Shown: positions 10,953 through 24,375 of the stretch, piece by piece
Layout: each line of letters begins with the position of its first letter
How positions within the stretch are numbered: position 1 is the stretch's first letter
Assembly: GCF_001194135.2 (NCBI RefSeq)
Contig: NC_068982.1
Coordinates: 10,339,481-10,400,456 of the forward strand
DNA length: 60,976 nt
Source: Octopus bimaculoides
Taxonomy: Eukaryota
Direction: 5' to 3'
Translations under genes and position numbers: made by a program
Notes under the pieces: model-generated
The model's database searches: none
What the model was told of the DNA's origin: nothing
The model's input: only the letters and a program-made list of their open reading frames with translations

Positions 10953-12482
10953 AATGTCGACTCTTGTCCTTCCAGAGTGCTGTACGTTCTGCCACGAGGA
11001 TTGCTTTTATACTCCTGAAGAGCAGTGTTAAATGAAGAAAGATTTGACCAGTGAATCGGTGAATGTTACATTACAAGGTAGAGTAAACCCAATGGCAGTC
11101 GTTTTGAAAGGTCTCATTTCTAACTTGTCAGAATGACTTTTTGTTGTATTCAATTTTATCATTAATATCACACCTCAAAAATCATTAAAGAATCATTACA
11201 GAATCATTAGTTGGCTGGTTTCTTAGAGAAATATTACATGATGTTATTATTATTATTATTAAGACGGAGAGAATAGCTGGGAATGGAGCAAATAGTTTGA
11301 TGTGCGGAGAGAAAATCTAAGTTAACAATTGCGAAGTAACTATCATTATTGAAAGTCTAATATTTTTATGAAAATATAAAATTTCCCCAGGTTTGTCAGT
11401 TCACTGGACATCAATTTATTGAGACACATAATTCTTTCTGTGCATTCGACTTTCAATACGAGGAAACACTTTCAAAATCTAGACAGTGGAAATAAACCTA
11501 AGACATCACTAATTTCCACCGAATCGATTGGTCCTTGGGTTGCCAAAATGAAGCATTAGACTGTATTTTTGTCATATGTGCCAATGAGTTTACCTGCCTG
11601 TGAAATAATGTTTATTTCAGAAATAGTATCGTCTTTAACTTATGTACGAGTTTGAAGAAAATAATATGTAACGGTGACATAGTAATGTTTAATGTAGGGG
11701 AGATTAAAGCTAGTCTACAGGTACATAAATATTGCTACATGTGCAAAGGCGTGCCCCTTTAAATTTTGGTAAAATATCGTATAATGAATGCATGCTAACG
11801 TTGGTCTTATTGGGGCTAATCATTTAATATAGTGTTTATTTTCGAAATTTTCTTAATGGCGTCTGAAGTAAAATAACGTCGGTGAACGAGAAGGAACTAG
11901 GTTATTTTTCTTTATACATGTGAAGATGTTATTTATTGGTAGTTAATAATAACACTGTTAAGTGTATTATAATTGATTTCCTTTGAAGATTTATGTTTAG
12001 AAGAAAGGAATCAGTGACAAATTTAGAGTCTATTTGCTATAGTACTTTATTTGTAGTTGATTGCAATTAGAAATGGTTTGCATGTTAATTTCATATAACG
12101 TTGCATTTACTTTCGCCGGGGGTTATTTCTCAATATTCCGAATTAAAGTTTTTTACTTTAATTAAAGAAAATAAGTCTTCTTTAAAAATTATTAATGGCT
12201 TTAGAATTATTAATAGCTGCTGGAAAGATTTCTATTTGAACTTCCCAAACTTTTCCTTCTTTATTTTCTTTCCTTTACTTTTTGAATATCCTTTTTAAGT
12301 TCCCAAAACATACATTTTTAAGTAATTCCTGATGAATGGAAGAAACTTATAATTGTGTAGCCATACATAAAAATAAATATCTCTAAATAGTATATGACTC
12401 TGCACACACACACAGATATCTGTGTGTATGCATGTTTTTCCTATGCATAATTATGTATATATATATATATACATATATATCC

Positions 12483-12533
<51 letters not shown>

Positions 12534-14679
12534 NNNNNNNNNNNNNNNNNNNNNNNNNNNNNNNNNNNNNNNNNNNNNNNNNNNNNNNNNNNNNNNNNNN
12601 NNNNNNNNNNNNNNNNNNNNNNNNNNNNNNNNNNNNNNNNNNNNNNNNNNNNNNNNNNNNNNNNNNNNNNNNNNNNNNNNNNNNNNNNNNNNNNNNNNNN
12701 NNNNNNNNNNNNNNNNNNNNNNNNNNNNNNNNNNNNNNNNNNNNNNNNNNNNNNNNNNNNNNNNNNNNNNNNNNNNNNNNNNNNNNNNNNNNNNNNNNNN
12801 NNNNNNNNNNNNNNNNNNNNNNNNNNNNNNNNNNNNNNNNNNNNNNNNNNNNNNNNNNNNNNNNNNNNNNNNNNNNNNNNNNNNNNNNNNNNNNNNNNNN
12901 NNNNNNNNNNNNNNNNNNNNNNNNNNNATATGTATGTATGTATACACCCACGCATACATAGAGAATGATATACACTTTTCTTTCTAAGTATGGGCGTATG
13001 TGTGTGCGCGCGTGTTCTTGTGTACGTACACGCCTCGTATATATTCGCATAGAAACACAAATACGCGCCTACATCTCAGAATGTACATTCAGCATCATTC
13101 TTTCAGTTATTCATAATGACTCTAAATTATTTCAATAATTTTGAATAATTATTTCATTTTAATAATTATTTTAATTGTTTAATCATTTAAAATTTCTGCT
13201 TTAATTATACAGTTATTTGTATGCCTGTCACATATTTCTAAAAACGCTGTTTCGATGATTAGTTTTTATATTCCTATTAGGTATGTCTCAATAACTAATT
13301 TCTTCTGTTATCCACCTTCCCTCTCTTCCCTTCTACTCTTTTCTTTCAAATAAAATTGCTGTCAGACTTCTTGAAATTGCTTCTCAGCCTCCTTACTCTC
13401 TGCTCCGACTCATTTCTCATCCTTACACCTCTTTCCCTTTAAACCAGACGACATATATCTCGCCTTCTCTGTCTGCTTCTTTCTTCATTAACCAGTCACA
13501 CTAATTCATCTACTATCTTCTCTTTCACTGATTCATTTCGTCTCCATACCTTACCCAGTCAATCACATGTAATTGCTGGCCTTTTTTGTTTGTTTTGTAT
13601 TAGACTTACCATAGATCATCTAATTATTTCTTCTCTCCCTCCTCTTCTACCCCCTCTCTCTGTCCCTCCCCCTCTCTCTCTCTCGTATATCCAACTACGT
13701 TCCATCAGAACTTCTGTTCACACTCAGCCTCATTTTTTACTCGTTTCTTTTTCCCAAAATCTCGCCTTATTGTTCTTATATTTTTTTTAACGTTCGTCTC
13801 CATCTTCTGAAACTTAATCTCCTCATTCTTTAAACTAACGATGTAGTACCTGCATTGTAACTTCTACAAGACTACTCTGACGTAAGATAAATAGAAACGT
13901 TCTGATGAGAGTTAAAAAGAATCTATAATTTTTATTATATATCATTTCAACGTTTAATTTTTTATTTGTGAATCATATCGATTATACGTAAATGTGAATG
14001 TGCGTGCGTACAGACGTATGTGTGTATACTATACTTTACTCCTTTGGTTATGATTAATTATCGGTTTCGTCTTTGTAATTTTGTGATTTACAATATTTTT
14101 GTTTGTTGGTGGTTGGTGTAGACCGCTCGTGATTGAGAAAACCAAATGAAGTCGTTTGCGTTGCATAGTTTACAACCGTATATGGTCATGGATTTCATGG
14201 TGCTGATGTACTCTTTCCTGCGTGTCGGCTTAACTCCTGCGTTATCCACCAGCTTTCTCCTTCTGCATCGAGGAACTAGTACAAGATACTTCTCCGAGTC
14301 ATTCGGTAATCTGCAAAACTATGCCTCACAGTTGTGAGATTGGAAGCATAAAGAATGAGGGATTTTAAAGTTACACACGCACACACACATACACATGTTC
14401 GAAAGTGAATTCAGCAATGCTATCAATCCAAAGCATTCCTTTCTGTTGATAAAGAGCAATAACCGAGAAACGCGTCCACAGATGTTGTTTTGCGCTTGAT
14501 GGATGTTGAGCTCCTTGTTCGAAAATATAGAGACACAGATAGTGTGTCGTATAGCCAGCTAGAAACGATGTTTCTTCGGGGTAAAACAACAGTAGCATCG
14601 TCCGTTTTGGGACAGCCACATTATGTTGGTAAATAGCCTTTACTTTAAAAAACTGTTACTGAATCTCTCTCTTCGAGAG

Positions 14680-14896
14680 ATTTACGTAAAATACTATCTA
14701 TGTGATCTCAAATTTTAAAGCAAACACATAATTTTCTTATGGTTTCTTAAACATTCACTTGAACAAAACTGTACAAATCCAAATATATGGTACCCTAGGC
14801 ATAACACCTACATGAACTTCTAACTTGTTGTCTCTTGAGGTCTCTGGGTGAGACTTGGATCCAACTTGTACAAATGCAAAACAAAAGTCAAACATA
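14680..14896 (+). mobile_element. R4/Dong-like 3' end (5'-truncated) ending in (AAT)n
   Basis: TTACGTAAAATACTATCTATGTGA = LRKILSM*, the R4-type C-terminus, then about 190 nt UTR running into the (AAT)n tract. Confidence 0.55.
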
Positions 14897-14910
14897 AAAT
14901 AATAATAATA

Positions 14911-14955
<45 letters not shown>
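14897..14955. repeat. (AAT)n microsatellite
   Basis: Direct reading. Confidence 0.95.
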
Positions 14956-14958
<3 letters not shown>

Positions 14959-17571
14959 GCCCTGATGCAGTACCAGGCAGTGGCTCTCATGGTTTCTGAT
15001 CTTAATTGGTTGGAAGTGTTATCATGTACGTTGGTTTGTCTTGGTATAAAAGNNNNNNNNNNNNNNNNNNNNNNNNNNNNNNNNNNNNNNNNNNNNNNNN
15101 NNNNNNNNNNNNNNNNNNNNNNNNNNNNNNNNNNNNNNNNNNNNNNNNNNNNNNNNNNNNNNNNNNNNNNNNNNNNNNNNNNNNNNNNNNNNNNNNNNNN
15201 NNNNNNNNNNNNNNNNNNNNNNNNNNNNNNNNNNNNNNNNNNNNNNNNNNNNNNNNNNNNNNNNNNNNNNNNNNNNNNNNNNNNNNNNNNNNNNNNNNNN
15301 NNNNNNNNNNNNNNNNNNNNNNNNNNNNNNNNNNNNNNNNNNNNNNNNNNNNNNNNNNNNNNNNNNNNNNNNNNNNNNNNNNNNNNNNNNNNNNNNNNNN
15401 NNNNNNNNNNNNNNNNNNNNNNNNNNNNNNNNNNNNNNNNNNNNNNNNNNNNNNNNNNNNNNNNNNNNNNNNNNNNNNNNNNNNNNNNNNNNNNNNNNNN
15501 NNNNNNNNNNNNNNNNNNNNNNNNNNNNNNNNNNNNNNNNNNNNNNNNNNNNNNNNNNNNNNNNNNNNNNNNNNNNNNNNNNNNNNNNNNNNNNNNNNNN
15601 NNNNNNNNNNNNNNNNNNNNNNNNNNNNNNNNNNNNNNNNNNNNNNNNNNNNNNNNNNNNNNNNNNNNNNNNNNNNNNNNNNNNNNNNNNNNNNNNNNNN
15701 NNNNNNNNNNNNNNNNNNNNNNNNNNNNNNNNNNNNNNNNNNNNNNNNNNNNNNNNNNNNNNNNNNNNNNNNNNNNNNNNNNNNNNNNNNNNNNNNNNNN
15801 NNNNNNNNNNNNNNNNNNNNNNNNNNNNNNNNNNNNNNNNNNNNNNNNNNNNNNNNNNNATATATATATATACATGTGCGTGCGGATATGCACAAATACG
15901 ACGAGAAACCGATAGTAGTTTACACAGTGAGCCAAAAGTGTATTGCTTTTAGATACGTATATGGGTGTGTATCTTTGTGGCTGTGTGTGTATGTCTGTAT
16001 GACTCTCATGAGCATGTATATGCCATTTTTAGCTATGGTTGCAGTTCATATCTGAAAAGATACGCAGATAACATTCTCGGAACATCTAGCAAATCGATGT
16101 GATAATACAGATCTTTTAGGAATTGTACCATTCTGAAAGAAATACTGCAAAATGACTCTGAGTGAAATGAATATACGTTTCATGGTACGCATATAGCTTC
16201 TTGAAATCAATATTTCCGGCTCCAAAATTGTTGTGATGACGTGTAACTCGTCATCTATCTATTGAATTCTTGTAATGGTACATGATCGAAATATTCTTAA
16301 TTTGTTATATTACAAAACAGAAAGTGTAAAAAATGCTTACTATAATTATTTGTAAACAGTTTCTAATAAACTATTGTTGTATAAATAGATGGTTTATACT
16401 CACTTCATTGATTCTAGTCTAACAAGATACAAAGATAACGTCGGCAGAATTTGAACTCTAAATACTGCAATAGATATTATTTTAACGTGTGAGCAATGTT
16501 GATAAATTTATATCATAAGAATACAATTCCTAGAAAAAGATATCTGAAGAAGCATATCTTCTATATGCTAAATTATCTCATGGAGGGTGTTAACACTATA
16601 TACAGATGTGCTGCAGTTATACTATTGGCAGAGAACAAGTAACTAACATCGTGACAAAAGTTTAGTTTTAGTTAAACTTTATACAATATTCGAGATCCCT
16701 GAACGTTTGTGATGTGAATGGCATTTTTATTAGCGCTTTTATTGTTAATTATTGGAGATATAGTAACATTTAATGCATATCTTGCTCGGTTAATCCCGAG
16801 GTCTCAAACTCTTAATTAACCATTTTATTCTTTCTTTGCTTGTTAAAACTGATTAGATATAAACTGATGTCCTTAGCTCGTCCCTTTCTCTCATAAATAT
16901 GGCAATGAACTAGAACAAGCGGAATGAGCTCTCGGTGACTGGATATTTGATATCAGAGTTAATGCTCTGGTTGAAAATCATTAGAAGTTTTTATGGATAA
17001 TTCTATCTCTACTGGAACAGGCATACAAAAGAGCATGTTCGACGGAATAATATAAAATGTCATCTGAATTGCAATACCCTTAACTTCATCCAATGCGAAT
17101 CCAATATTTCGCCTAATTTGCATTTCATTGTTTGTAGTCTTAACATGAGATCTGTAAATATCTTTACTGTTCAACGAACTTAACCTATTCGTTTATCCTG
17201 AACATGTTATACAGTTATTATTTGCATTCGTTTGGTTTGTTATCATTTTACCTTTGACTGTTGTTCATCCGAAATCTATTCACAGATCTGTACTCAATAA
17301 TTTTTCAGTTTGGATCTAGTTAATTATTTTTGCTTATGATGGAGCAGACCCATGATTAAAAGAGTTCAAGTCGGTCGTGACAATCCACTATCTTCTGTCA
17401 ATTTGATTATAATAGTGTTTATAAAGTTGGAGTAAGTTTGTTGGAAATTTTATATATTTGTGTAATTTGTTTTCAGACTTTGAAGTCTCTTACTTTTTAT
17501 GCATAGTCGATGACGTCGTCCTTTTGTAAACATAATTCATTCTTTCTTTTTATTAATATTAAATCATTTTA

Positions 17572-17782
17572 AGGCGGTGAGAAAGCAGAAATGTTTGCAC
17601 GCCGTGTAAAATGCTGAGCGGCGTTTGGCTACTTTTTACGTTCTGAGTCCAAATTTCGCCGAGGTCCATTTCTACCTTTCATCCTTTGGAGGTCGATAAA
17701 ATAAGTTAGAGTTGAGTAATGGGGTCCACCCAACACACCAGCATTGAACTTGCCGGCCTTGGGCCAAAATTTGAAACCAATA
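17572..17782 (+). mobile_element. SINE family A (tail type 3)
   Basis: Head AAGGCGGTGAG.., core and tail match other copies. Confidence 0.8.
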
Positions 17783-17821
17783 TTAATAAAATCCCTCTTG
17801 CTCTCCGGTCTTTTATTTTTT

Positions 17822-18027
17822 AAGGTGGCAGAATCGTTAACTCCCTCGGCAAAATGATATGTGGCATTTCGTTAATCCTTATATTTTGAGTTCAAATTCC
17901 GCCGAGCTCGACTTTGCCTTTCATCATTTCGGGGTCGATAAAATAAGTACCAGTTGAGTACAGTGGTCGATTTAATCAACTAGTACATCCCCCAATATTG
18001 CTGGCTTTGTGCTGAAATTTGAATGCA
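17822..18027 (+). mobile_element. SINE family A (tail type 3)
   Basis: GAGTTCAAATTCCGCCGAGCTCGACTTTGCCTTTCATC core. Confidence 0.8.
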
Positions 18028-18054
18028 ATATTAAATTATTTTACTATGTATCCG

Positions 18055-18344
18055 TGGCACGACGTCGAGGGTTCCAGTTGATCCGATCAACGGAACAGCC
18101 TGCTCGTGAAATTAACGTACAAGTGGCTGAGCACTCCACAGACAGGTGTATCCTTAACGTAGTTCTCGGGGAGATTCAGCGTGAAACAGAGTGTGAAAAG
18201 GCTGACCCTTTGAATTACAGGCATCTCGTGGAGCTTTAGGTATTTTCGCTCAATAAACACTCAAAACGCCCAGTCTTGGAATCGAAACCGCGGTTCTACG
18301 ACCGCGAGTCCGCTGCCGTAGCCACTGGGCCATTGCGCCTCCAC
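18055..18344 (-). mobile_element. SINE family C with internal deletion
   Basis: Matches 9867-10259 but lacks about 80 bp of the middle. Confidence 0.85.
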
Positions 18345-19274
18345 ACTGTGTACTATATGACACCATCTATCCCTTCGCTTTTCCATTTGTTTTTGTTGTT
18401 TTTTTCTTTTATTTGTCATCTTTTTTTAATATGCCGTTTAGTTATTATCTTCTGTTATTAGCTTTCAGTTTATTCAGATGTTTCCATCATCTGCTTTTCA
18501 GTTTCTTTTACTTTATAGCTAAAACCAGATTTGTACGCTTGAATGTAATTAAAATTGAAAATTTTCTTTAAAAAAATGGCTACTTAACCACAAGTAAACA
18601 CGAAAAGGCAAAGAAGATCAGAGGAAAGTAATGTACAGACACAAATATTTAAACTATTTAGAATTGTTCGATAAATATTACCTGAAAATATTGTAAGCGC
18701 TTTGTGAAGTGACACATTAAAAATGGTGTTTAATTAGTGTTAACAAACATTCGGTAAACTGATTTAATATAAAGTGATAGCGAGAAAACTTAGGATATAC
18801 ATACTATCATTTGCTTTTATCTTTCAAAACTCAGTTAATTGCATTAAACATTAATATTTATTTGAAATTATTTTTGTGGTGTATGATATCACATCTGCAA
18901 ATGCATTTTTTTTTTCATTTAATTAAACAACTAGAAAGATACAAGTTAATTACAATATATAAAAAGGTTGCATCTAATTAATTAATAATATCGATTACTA
19001 ACACGCGGACAAGGCCACGTATTTCAGGGAGTTTATATTTTATTAGATTAACCCAAGGACTTTGGAGTATCGATCTCAGACCAAGAATGTCACCCCTATT
19101 AATATTTGAATGCAGGGCGTAAATTGTCGCAAGTAATACTAGAAGGGGTTTTCTCTTAACTCGATTTTGCCGTATAACGCATGACATTCTTGATTATTAT
19201 TTTAAAAAGAATAACAAAATATCTAAAATATTTCTCCATCCTGTCTTTTTCTGTTTTATAGTAACAAAATCTAT

Positions 19275-19665
19275 AGGTGTAGACATAGCAATGTGGTAAG
19301 AAGCTTGCTTTCCAGCAACATGGATCCGGTTTCAGTTCCACTGCGTGGCACTTTTGGAAAGTGTCTTCTGTTATAGCCTCGGGCAGACCAGAGTGTTGTG
19401 AGTGGATTTGGTAGACAAAAAATGAAAGAAGTCCATCGCATGGGATGTGTGGGGTTTTTCTGTGTGTTTGTCCCCCACCACCGCTAGACAACCGGTGTTG
19501 GTGTGTTTACACCCTCATGGACTTAACAGTTCAGCAAAATAAACCGATTATATAAGTACCAGGCTTTAAAATAAAATAAGTCCTGGAGTCGATTCATTGA
19601 ACTAAATGTTATTTCAGACAGTGCCCCAGCATGACCGCAGTCTAAGGATTGAAGCAAATAAAAAG
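19275..19665 (+). mobile_element. SINE family B (tRNA-derived, GTGGTAAGAAGCTTGCTT head)
   Basis: Head, GGTTTCAGTTCCACTGCGTGGCAC B-box region and ..CCCCAGCATGACCGCAGTC.. tail match six other copies. Confidence 0.8.
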
Positions 19666-19789
19666 GGAAAAAAAAAGAAAAGCTTATTGACCTAAAGAGC
19701 GCTGTTATTTAACACTAACGCTAGCATTTGTCACTCTGACATACACTTCCTTAAGAATCAAGTTGGTACTATTTAACCATACCCCTTTA

Positions 19790-20275
19790 CGGACCCTAAA
19801 ATAGTACAAGGGTATCCTATACACCTCTAACAAGACTTTAATAACAAAGAATCTCGATTACTCCCTAAAATGCTTTCTACCAACAAACTATGGCCTGAAT
19901 ACGACGTACCTACCACACGAACCAATACACGTCTAGTTTACGCCTAGAATTCAGCTGTCCATACGTGCATGACTGAACGAGAACAATAAATAATTACTTT
20001 AATCAAACCAAAGAAACTCTCTGTACCATCATTTACTCTCCACCCACAACCGACAAATATATCCTTACCTCCTGTCGTTTTCCATTCCACTTCCTACACA
20101 AGCACTTTTGTTTTTGTTTTTTGCTTACAAAAGTATCTCACACCTAACGCTCAGATACAATGCCCTAGCTACGAAATACAGCCCTGCCAAAACATTGCGT
20201 TTAAAGCTTGGAAATCCAAAGAGTAAACCGAAACTTCAAATTCACAAAATTCACAGTCAACCACTTCCATGTAAA
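19790..20275 (+). pseudogene. Penelope-like element (PLE) RT-linker/GIY-YIG relic
   Basis: QGYP motif, then SISHLTLRYNALATKYSPAKTLRLKLGNPKSKPKLQIHKI..LPCKK, resembling the PLE F.P.KTL...L..PK.K...VY.IPC linker; heavily decayed. Confidence 0.5.
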
Positions 20276-20376
20276 AAAATAATAATGAATATCGTACTTT
20301 TATAAAAAAAATTAAAAAAACTCTTGAATGGTCTTCCAATTTAAGTATCAGCTATTTGTCCACTCACTCACTCATA

Positions 20377-20408
<32 letters not shown>

Positions 20409-22886
20409 CATGTGTGCATATTTGTATGTGTTTTGTGGTCGTGATTATGTGTTTATTTCTACTGTCTTAGTTTACGTGTCCTATCGTGAAGAGGAGTGGG
20501 GATCTCTACCTCAGACTTGTTTCGCGGATGATTTCTTTTCCTTGCCAGATGAGTTTAGAAACAAAAATTGAAGTACGAAAATAAAGCTGTCATTAATGGA
20601 ATCGTTCACCGACGGCCATTTTGTGAGATGCTACACTAGATAAGAATATAGCGATTCGCTATTTAATTACGAACATTTTCAATAGAAATCATATAATCAA
20701 AGGTTTGGCCAATAATGTCATAATTCTGGTCTCTTTAAAATCACGTTATTGTTTACAGGCTAACGAATTTAATCAATTAAAAGTGATTAGAGTTGACCTG
20801 CGTGTTCATATACCGGAAGCATTCATTAGTGAATCGTAAATGAATAGATTTTGTCCCAACATCAATGAATTTTACACTAGAATAGTATTTGTTTCCCTAT
20901 AGAATTGTCTTTTTATTAATTAGTATAAGTAGAGTATCTCTTTATGATGTTCGAGTCAAACTTAATGTATTCTGATGTAACTGACAGACGCACAAAAGTG
21001 TATGTATGTGCTATAAGTACATGTGTGTGTGTCTGTCTGTGTGTTTGTATAACGTGGTGCATCAACATGCGTATTAGACGTAGGATGAAAGTAATTTAAA
21101 CAAGAAAGCTGTAAAATTGTATTATGATATTACAACATAACTTTCTATATCAAGATAATTTTTTCAGAATAATTTAATTAATTTCTGTTGCTTCGGAAAA
21201 AACAAACCTGTTATTTGACGACAAAGCCAAAAAGAATGTTAGTAACTTTATACTTTTACTGAGAACATTATTCGTGCAACTGAAGTAAACTGGCTTCCGG
21301 TATCAAAATCCACATTGCAAACTCGGCTCTCTAGAAACTTAACTTTTGACCACCAATGTTGTGTCATATTGCTGTATTATTTTTATGTCATTCTGTTGTG
21401 TCGCTGTCGTCTAATAGCAAACAAAGTTGCTTTTTTTTATTTCATTTACATATACCAGAATCTAACGTATAATACGATTATACATGAGGCAATATTCAGT
21501 GGTGGAATTTCCATAATAAATTAAATCGAGTCTGTTGTAACATATGTACACAATCCCTCTCGGATTGACGAAAGGCAGCATAATCGTAAGTAATTGCTTA
21601 CAGTGTCTTATGTGATAAATGCACAGAGCCGTAGAATCAGCGCTTAGCTAGCGGGGTCTTGTTTCACTCAATAGCAGAATTTGTCTTGTTTCTACGCTGC
21701 ACTAATGCACTAGCTAATTGTATGGACATCTTCGTATAAAATTTCCCTCATCCATAAATCTGAGATACTATATCTCGTCAAAAGATAACCACATTATAAA
21801 TATCAATCACGTTGAGGAGATAAATTTTCAATACTTCATAAAAGAAAGCTCCAAATATCCATTGAAACTACGTTGCATAAAATTCATCACATTTTATGGC
21901 ATCAAACCGGCAGTCATTTAAATAAGTTAAAAGAATTAATCTGAATAAGTGGTCAGAATAGGTATAGTATTGCATTGAAAAGAGAGAAATAAATATACGA
22001 TATTGTCATAAGAATTTCAAAATTTATAGCTATAGGATGGTTTCGTAAAGGACGTTTAGTTGCTAGCTGACGTCTTTTCATCAGAATGCAATATAGTGTT
22101 TCTTTAATAAACTATTTGAAAACGTGATCAGCTATATTGAAGCAAAATATAGCAAATATAGTCTTAAGAATGAAGTGTATGCTTACTGAGAGATTATTTC
22201 CGAGAAAATACAATGTGTTTCAAACAACATATTCATAATAAAAGAATTTATTTCAAACACACTTTGGACATAACGTTCTAATATTTTTAGGGCTCATTGT
22301 GACACACAATAGCATATGCCATAGGGAAGCTGGTACAAAAGCTAAAATTTAAATGTAAGTCTTTCGCACTTTCACTCAAGATACAATAGAAAATTATTTA
22401 ACTGAGTTGAAAACTACATTATAGCTGATAGATAAAAAAAAAGGAAGATCTCAGAAAAGCTAAAGTTCACTTTATAGAAGTCAAAGAAATATGTCATCGT
22501 TGCACAATTTCCTATGCTCTTGGAATGCGCAGATTAAACAAAACATGGTGATACAAATGTGTTGTGGAAATATATGAATGCTGGCATCTATATAGGTTTA
22601 TATATAAGCACATATAGTGGTGAATCTATATCTCTCCTTCTTTATACATCCTATATACATACACACATACGTACACGCACGCACATGCACACGCACACAG
22701 ACATCTATGTAGATGTAAAGTGCAATGAAGATTTGCTTTATTATGTTGTTTTCGAGCATCTTAAAGGTCGAAGTTTTGTTATGCGACCTGGTGGAACAGT
22801 TAGATCGACATTTGTGCTTGTGTGTATGTATATACAGATATGCAGATACATAAATATACACATATGTGTGTGCGTGTATGTGTTTA

Positions 22887-23217
22887 TTATTACCTCCGCC
22901 TTCGCTAAGGTGGAGGTATTGTTTCAGTTGCGTTTGTTAGCTTGTTTATCCGTGGACAAGATATCTCAAGAACCACTTGATGGATTCGGATGAAACTTTC
23001 AGGAATGTTTGGCCTTGTGACTGCCACAAAGGGATTAAATTTTGAGATCGATCATCTCGTACTGGACAGAGCAGTCGAGTTCATTTTTAGTGTTCTCATT
23101 TGTGAGAGCAGTCAAGTTTATTTCAGATTTTCTCATTTTAAAAACCATCTCCGGCTAATCGTTGAGAGGACGTTGATGTTGCCTTGGCAGCGGTTTGCGC
23201 TCTCTGAGTGCTCTTGA
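22887..23217 (+). mobile_element. Helentron-associated non-autonomous element (HINE)
   Basis: 5' TTATTACCTCCGCC..GGTGGAGG hairpin; 3' GGCAGCGG subterminal repeat plus GCGCTCTCTGAGTGC hairpin; T-rich flanks; second copy at 47029. Confidence 0.7.
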
Positions 23218-23235
23218 TTATATTGTTTTCGAAAT

Positions 23236-23325
23236 TTTGCACAAGGCCAGCAAGTTCGGAGCAGGGGGTTAATCGATTACATTGACCTCAGTATTCAACT
23301 GGTACTTATTTTACCGACCTGGAAA
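23236..23325 (-). mobile_element. SINE family A 3' fragment
   Basis: GCACAAGGCCAGCAA..CTGGTACTTATTTTACCGAC..GATGAA. Confidence 0.65.
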
Positions 23326-24169
23326 GATGAATGTGTCATGTCATCTGGTCTGCCTCTGAAATGTAACTGTCTCTGTAGACTGATGTGACGAAGCTTTCGA
23401 ATGCTAGGAGTTAATTTGCGTAAGTTCATTACGTTGTCATGGTCATTGTTACAATGGTGACGGTGATTTTGTTTCTACTGGCAGATTTTTCTACTTTAGT
23501 TGTTGTGATACAATTATAGTATTAATTGCATTAGTAGAATTAACACCTATACCAATGTTATATGCGTGAACAACAAATAGAAAAACGTTTAAAAAATAAC
23601 ACTTTCTTTTATTTAATTTGACAGGCAAATATTTCAGAGAAACTTGTTAAGGTTATCTCATTGATTTTGTTACTCTTCGTATCCGAGAAGATTCATGCAA
23701 GCGACTACAATGGTTATAAATTTTATAGAAAACATGTAGAGATAACCTTAATAAGTGATGTGAGAGCACTGCTAACACAATAGAGCACAGTAATGGCTCT
23801 AATGTTTAATATATGTTGTAGAATATTATGCTTGCATAACGAAATACTGTGTCACTACAAATCATTAAGATTTCAGAGAAAATGACACCTCTTTAATTTG
23901 ACTGGCACCACAACGGTCAGAATTCCCTTCCACCGATTGCCCTTTCTTTCAGACTTGTTAATATTATAAATAACAATGTTTCCTTCATGGCAGCAAATGA
24001 CGGGGCTAAATAACTGTGTTTAGAGGAGAGACAGCTAATTTTGGAATCCCATCATTTTAGTGAGAACGTCTTAAACAACTATAATGATCAAAATTCCACC
24101 ATCCATCGGAGAAATTCATGAAACACTTTCAATGGCTAAGATCAGAGTAATTCAGTGCGAATAACCGTT

Positions 24170-24277
24170 AACAGTTACAAAAACAACAGAAAACAACAAA
24201 GATAACGACGACAACAGCAACAGTACTAATACTAGCTTTTGTGGTTGTAGAAGCCCCAGTGACAGCAGCAGCAGTGA

Positions 24278-24309
<32 letters not shown>

Positions 24310-24375
24310 ATGGTAGTAGTAGTAGTAGTAGTTCTTGTTGTTTTTGTTCCTGTCGCTGTTGTTGTTTTTTGTTAT
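24170..24375. repeat. Compound (CAA/CAG/TAG/TTG)n microsatellite
   Basis: Direct reading. Confidence 0.85.

Noticed and set aside
12325-12360. CTGATGA..GAAAC hammerhead-like core
   Set aside because: No pairable stem I, II or III around it.
13300-13560. Pyrimidine-rich stretch possibly a PLE RT relic (also weak RTE-like relics near 41300-41620 and 45540-45810, and an L2-like end near 2060-2110)
   Set aside because: Too decayed to support by eye.
13894-13912. GAAACGTTCTGATGAG juxtaposition
   Set aside because: Core boxes adjacent, with no helices that could form a type II/III hammerhead.
12383-16055. Long ORFs of 170-370 aa
   Set aside because: They span N-gaps and (TA)n; artefacts.
20600-20830. 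YY1-like (GCCATTTT) and ETS-like motifs as a promoter
   Set aside because: Short motifs expected by chance; no CpG enrichment or exon structure.
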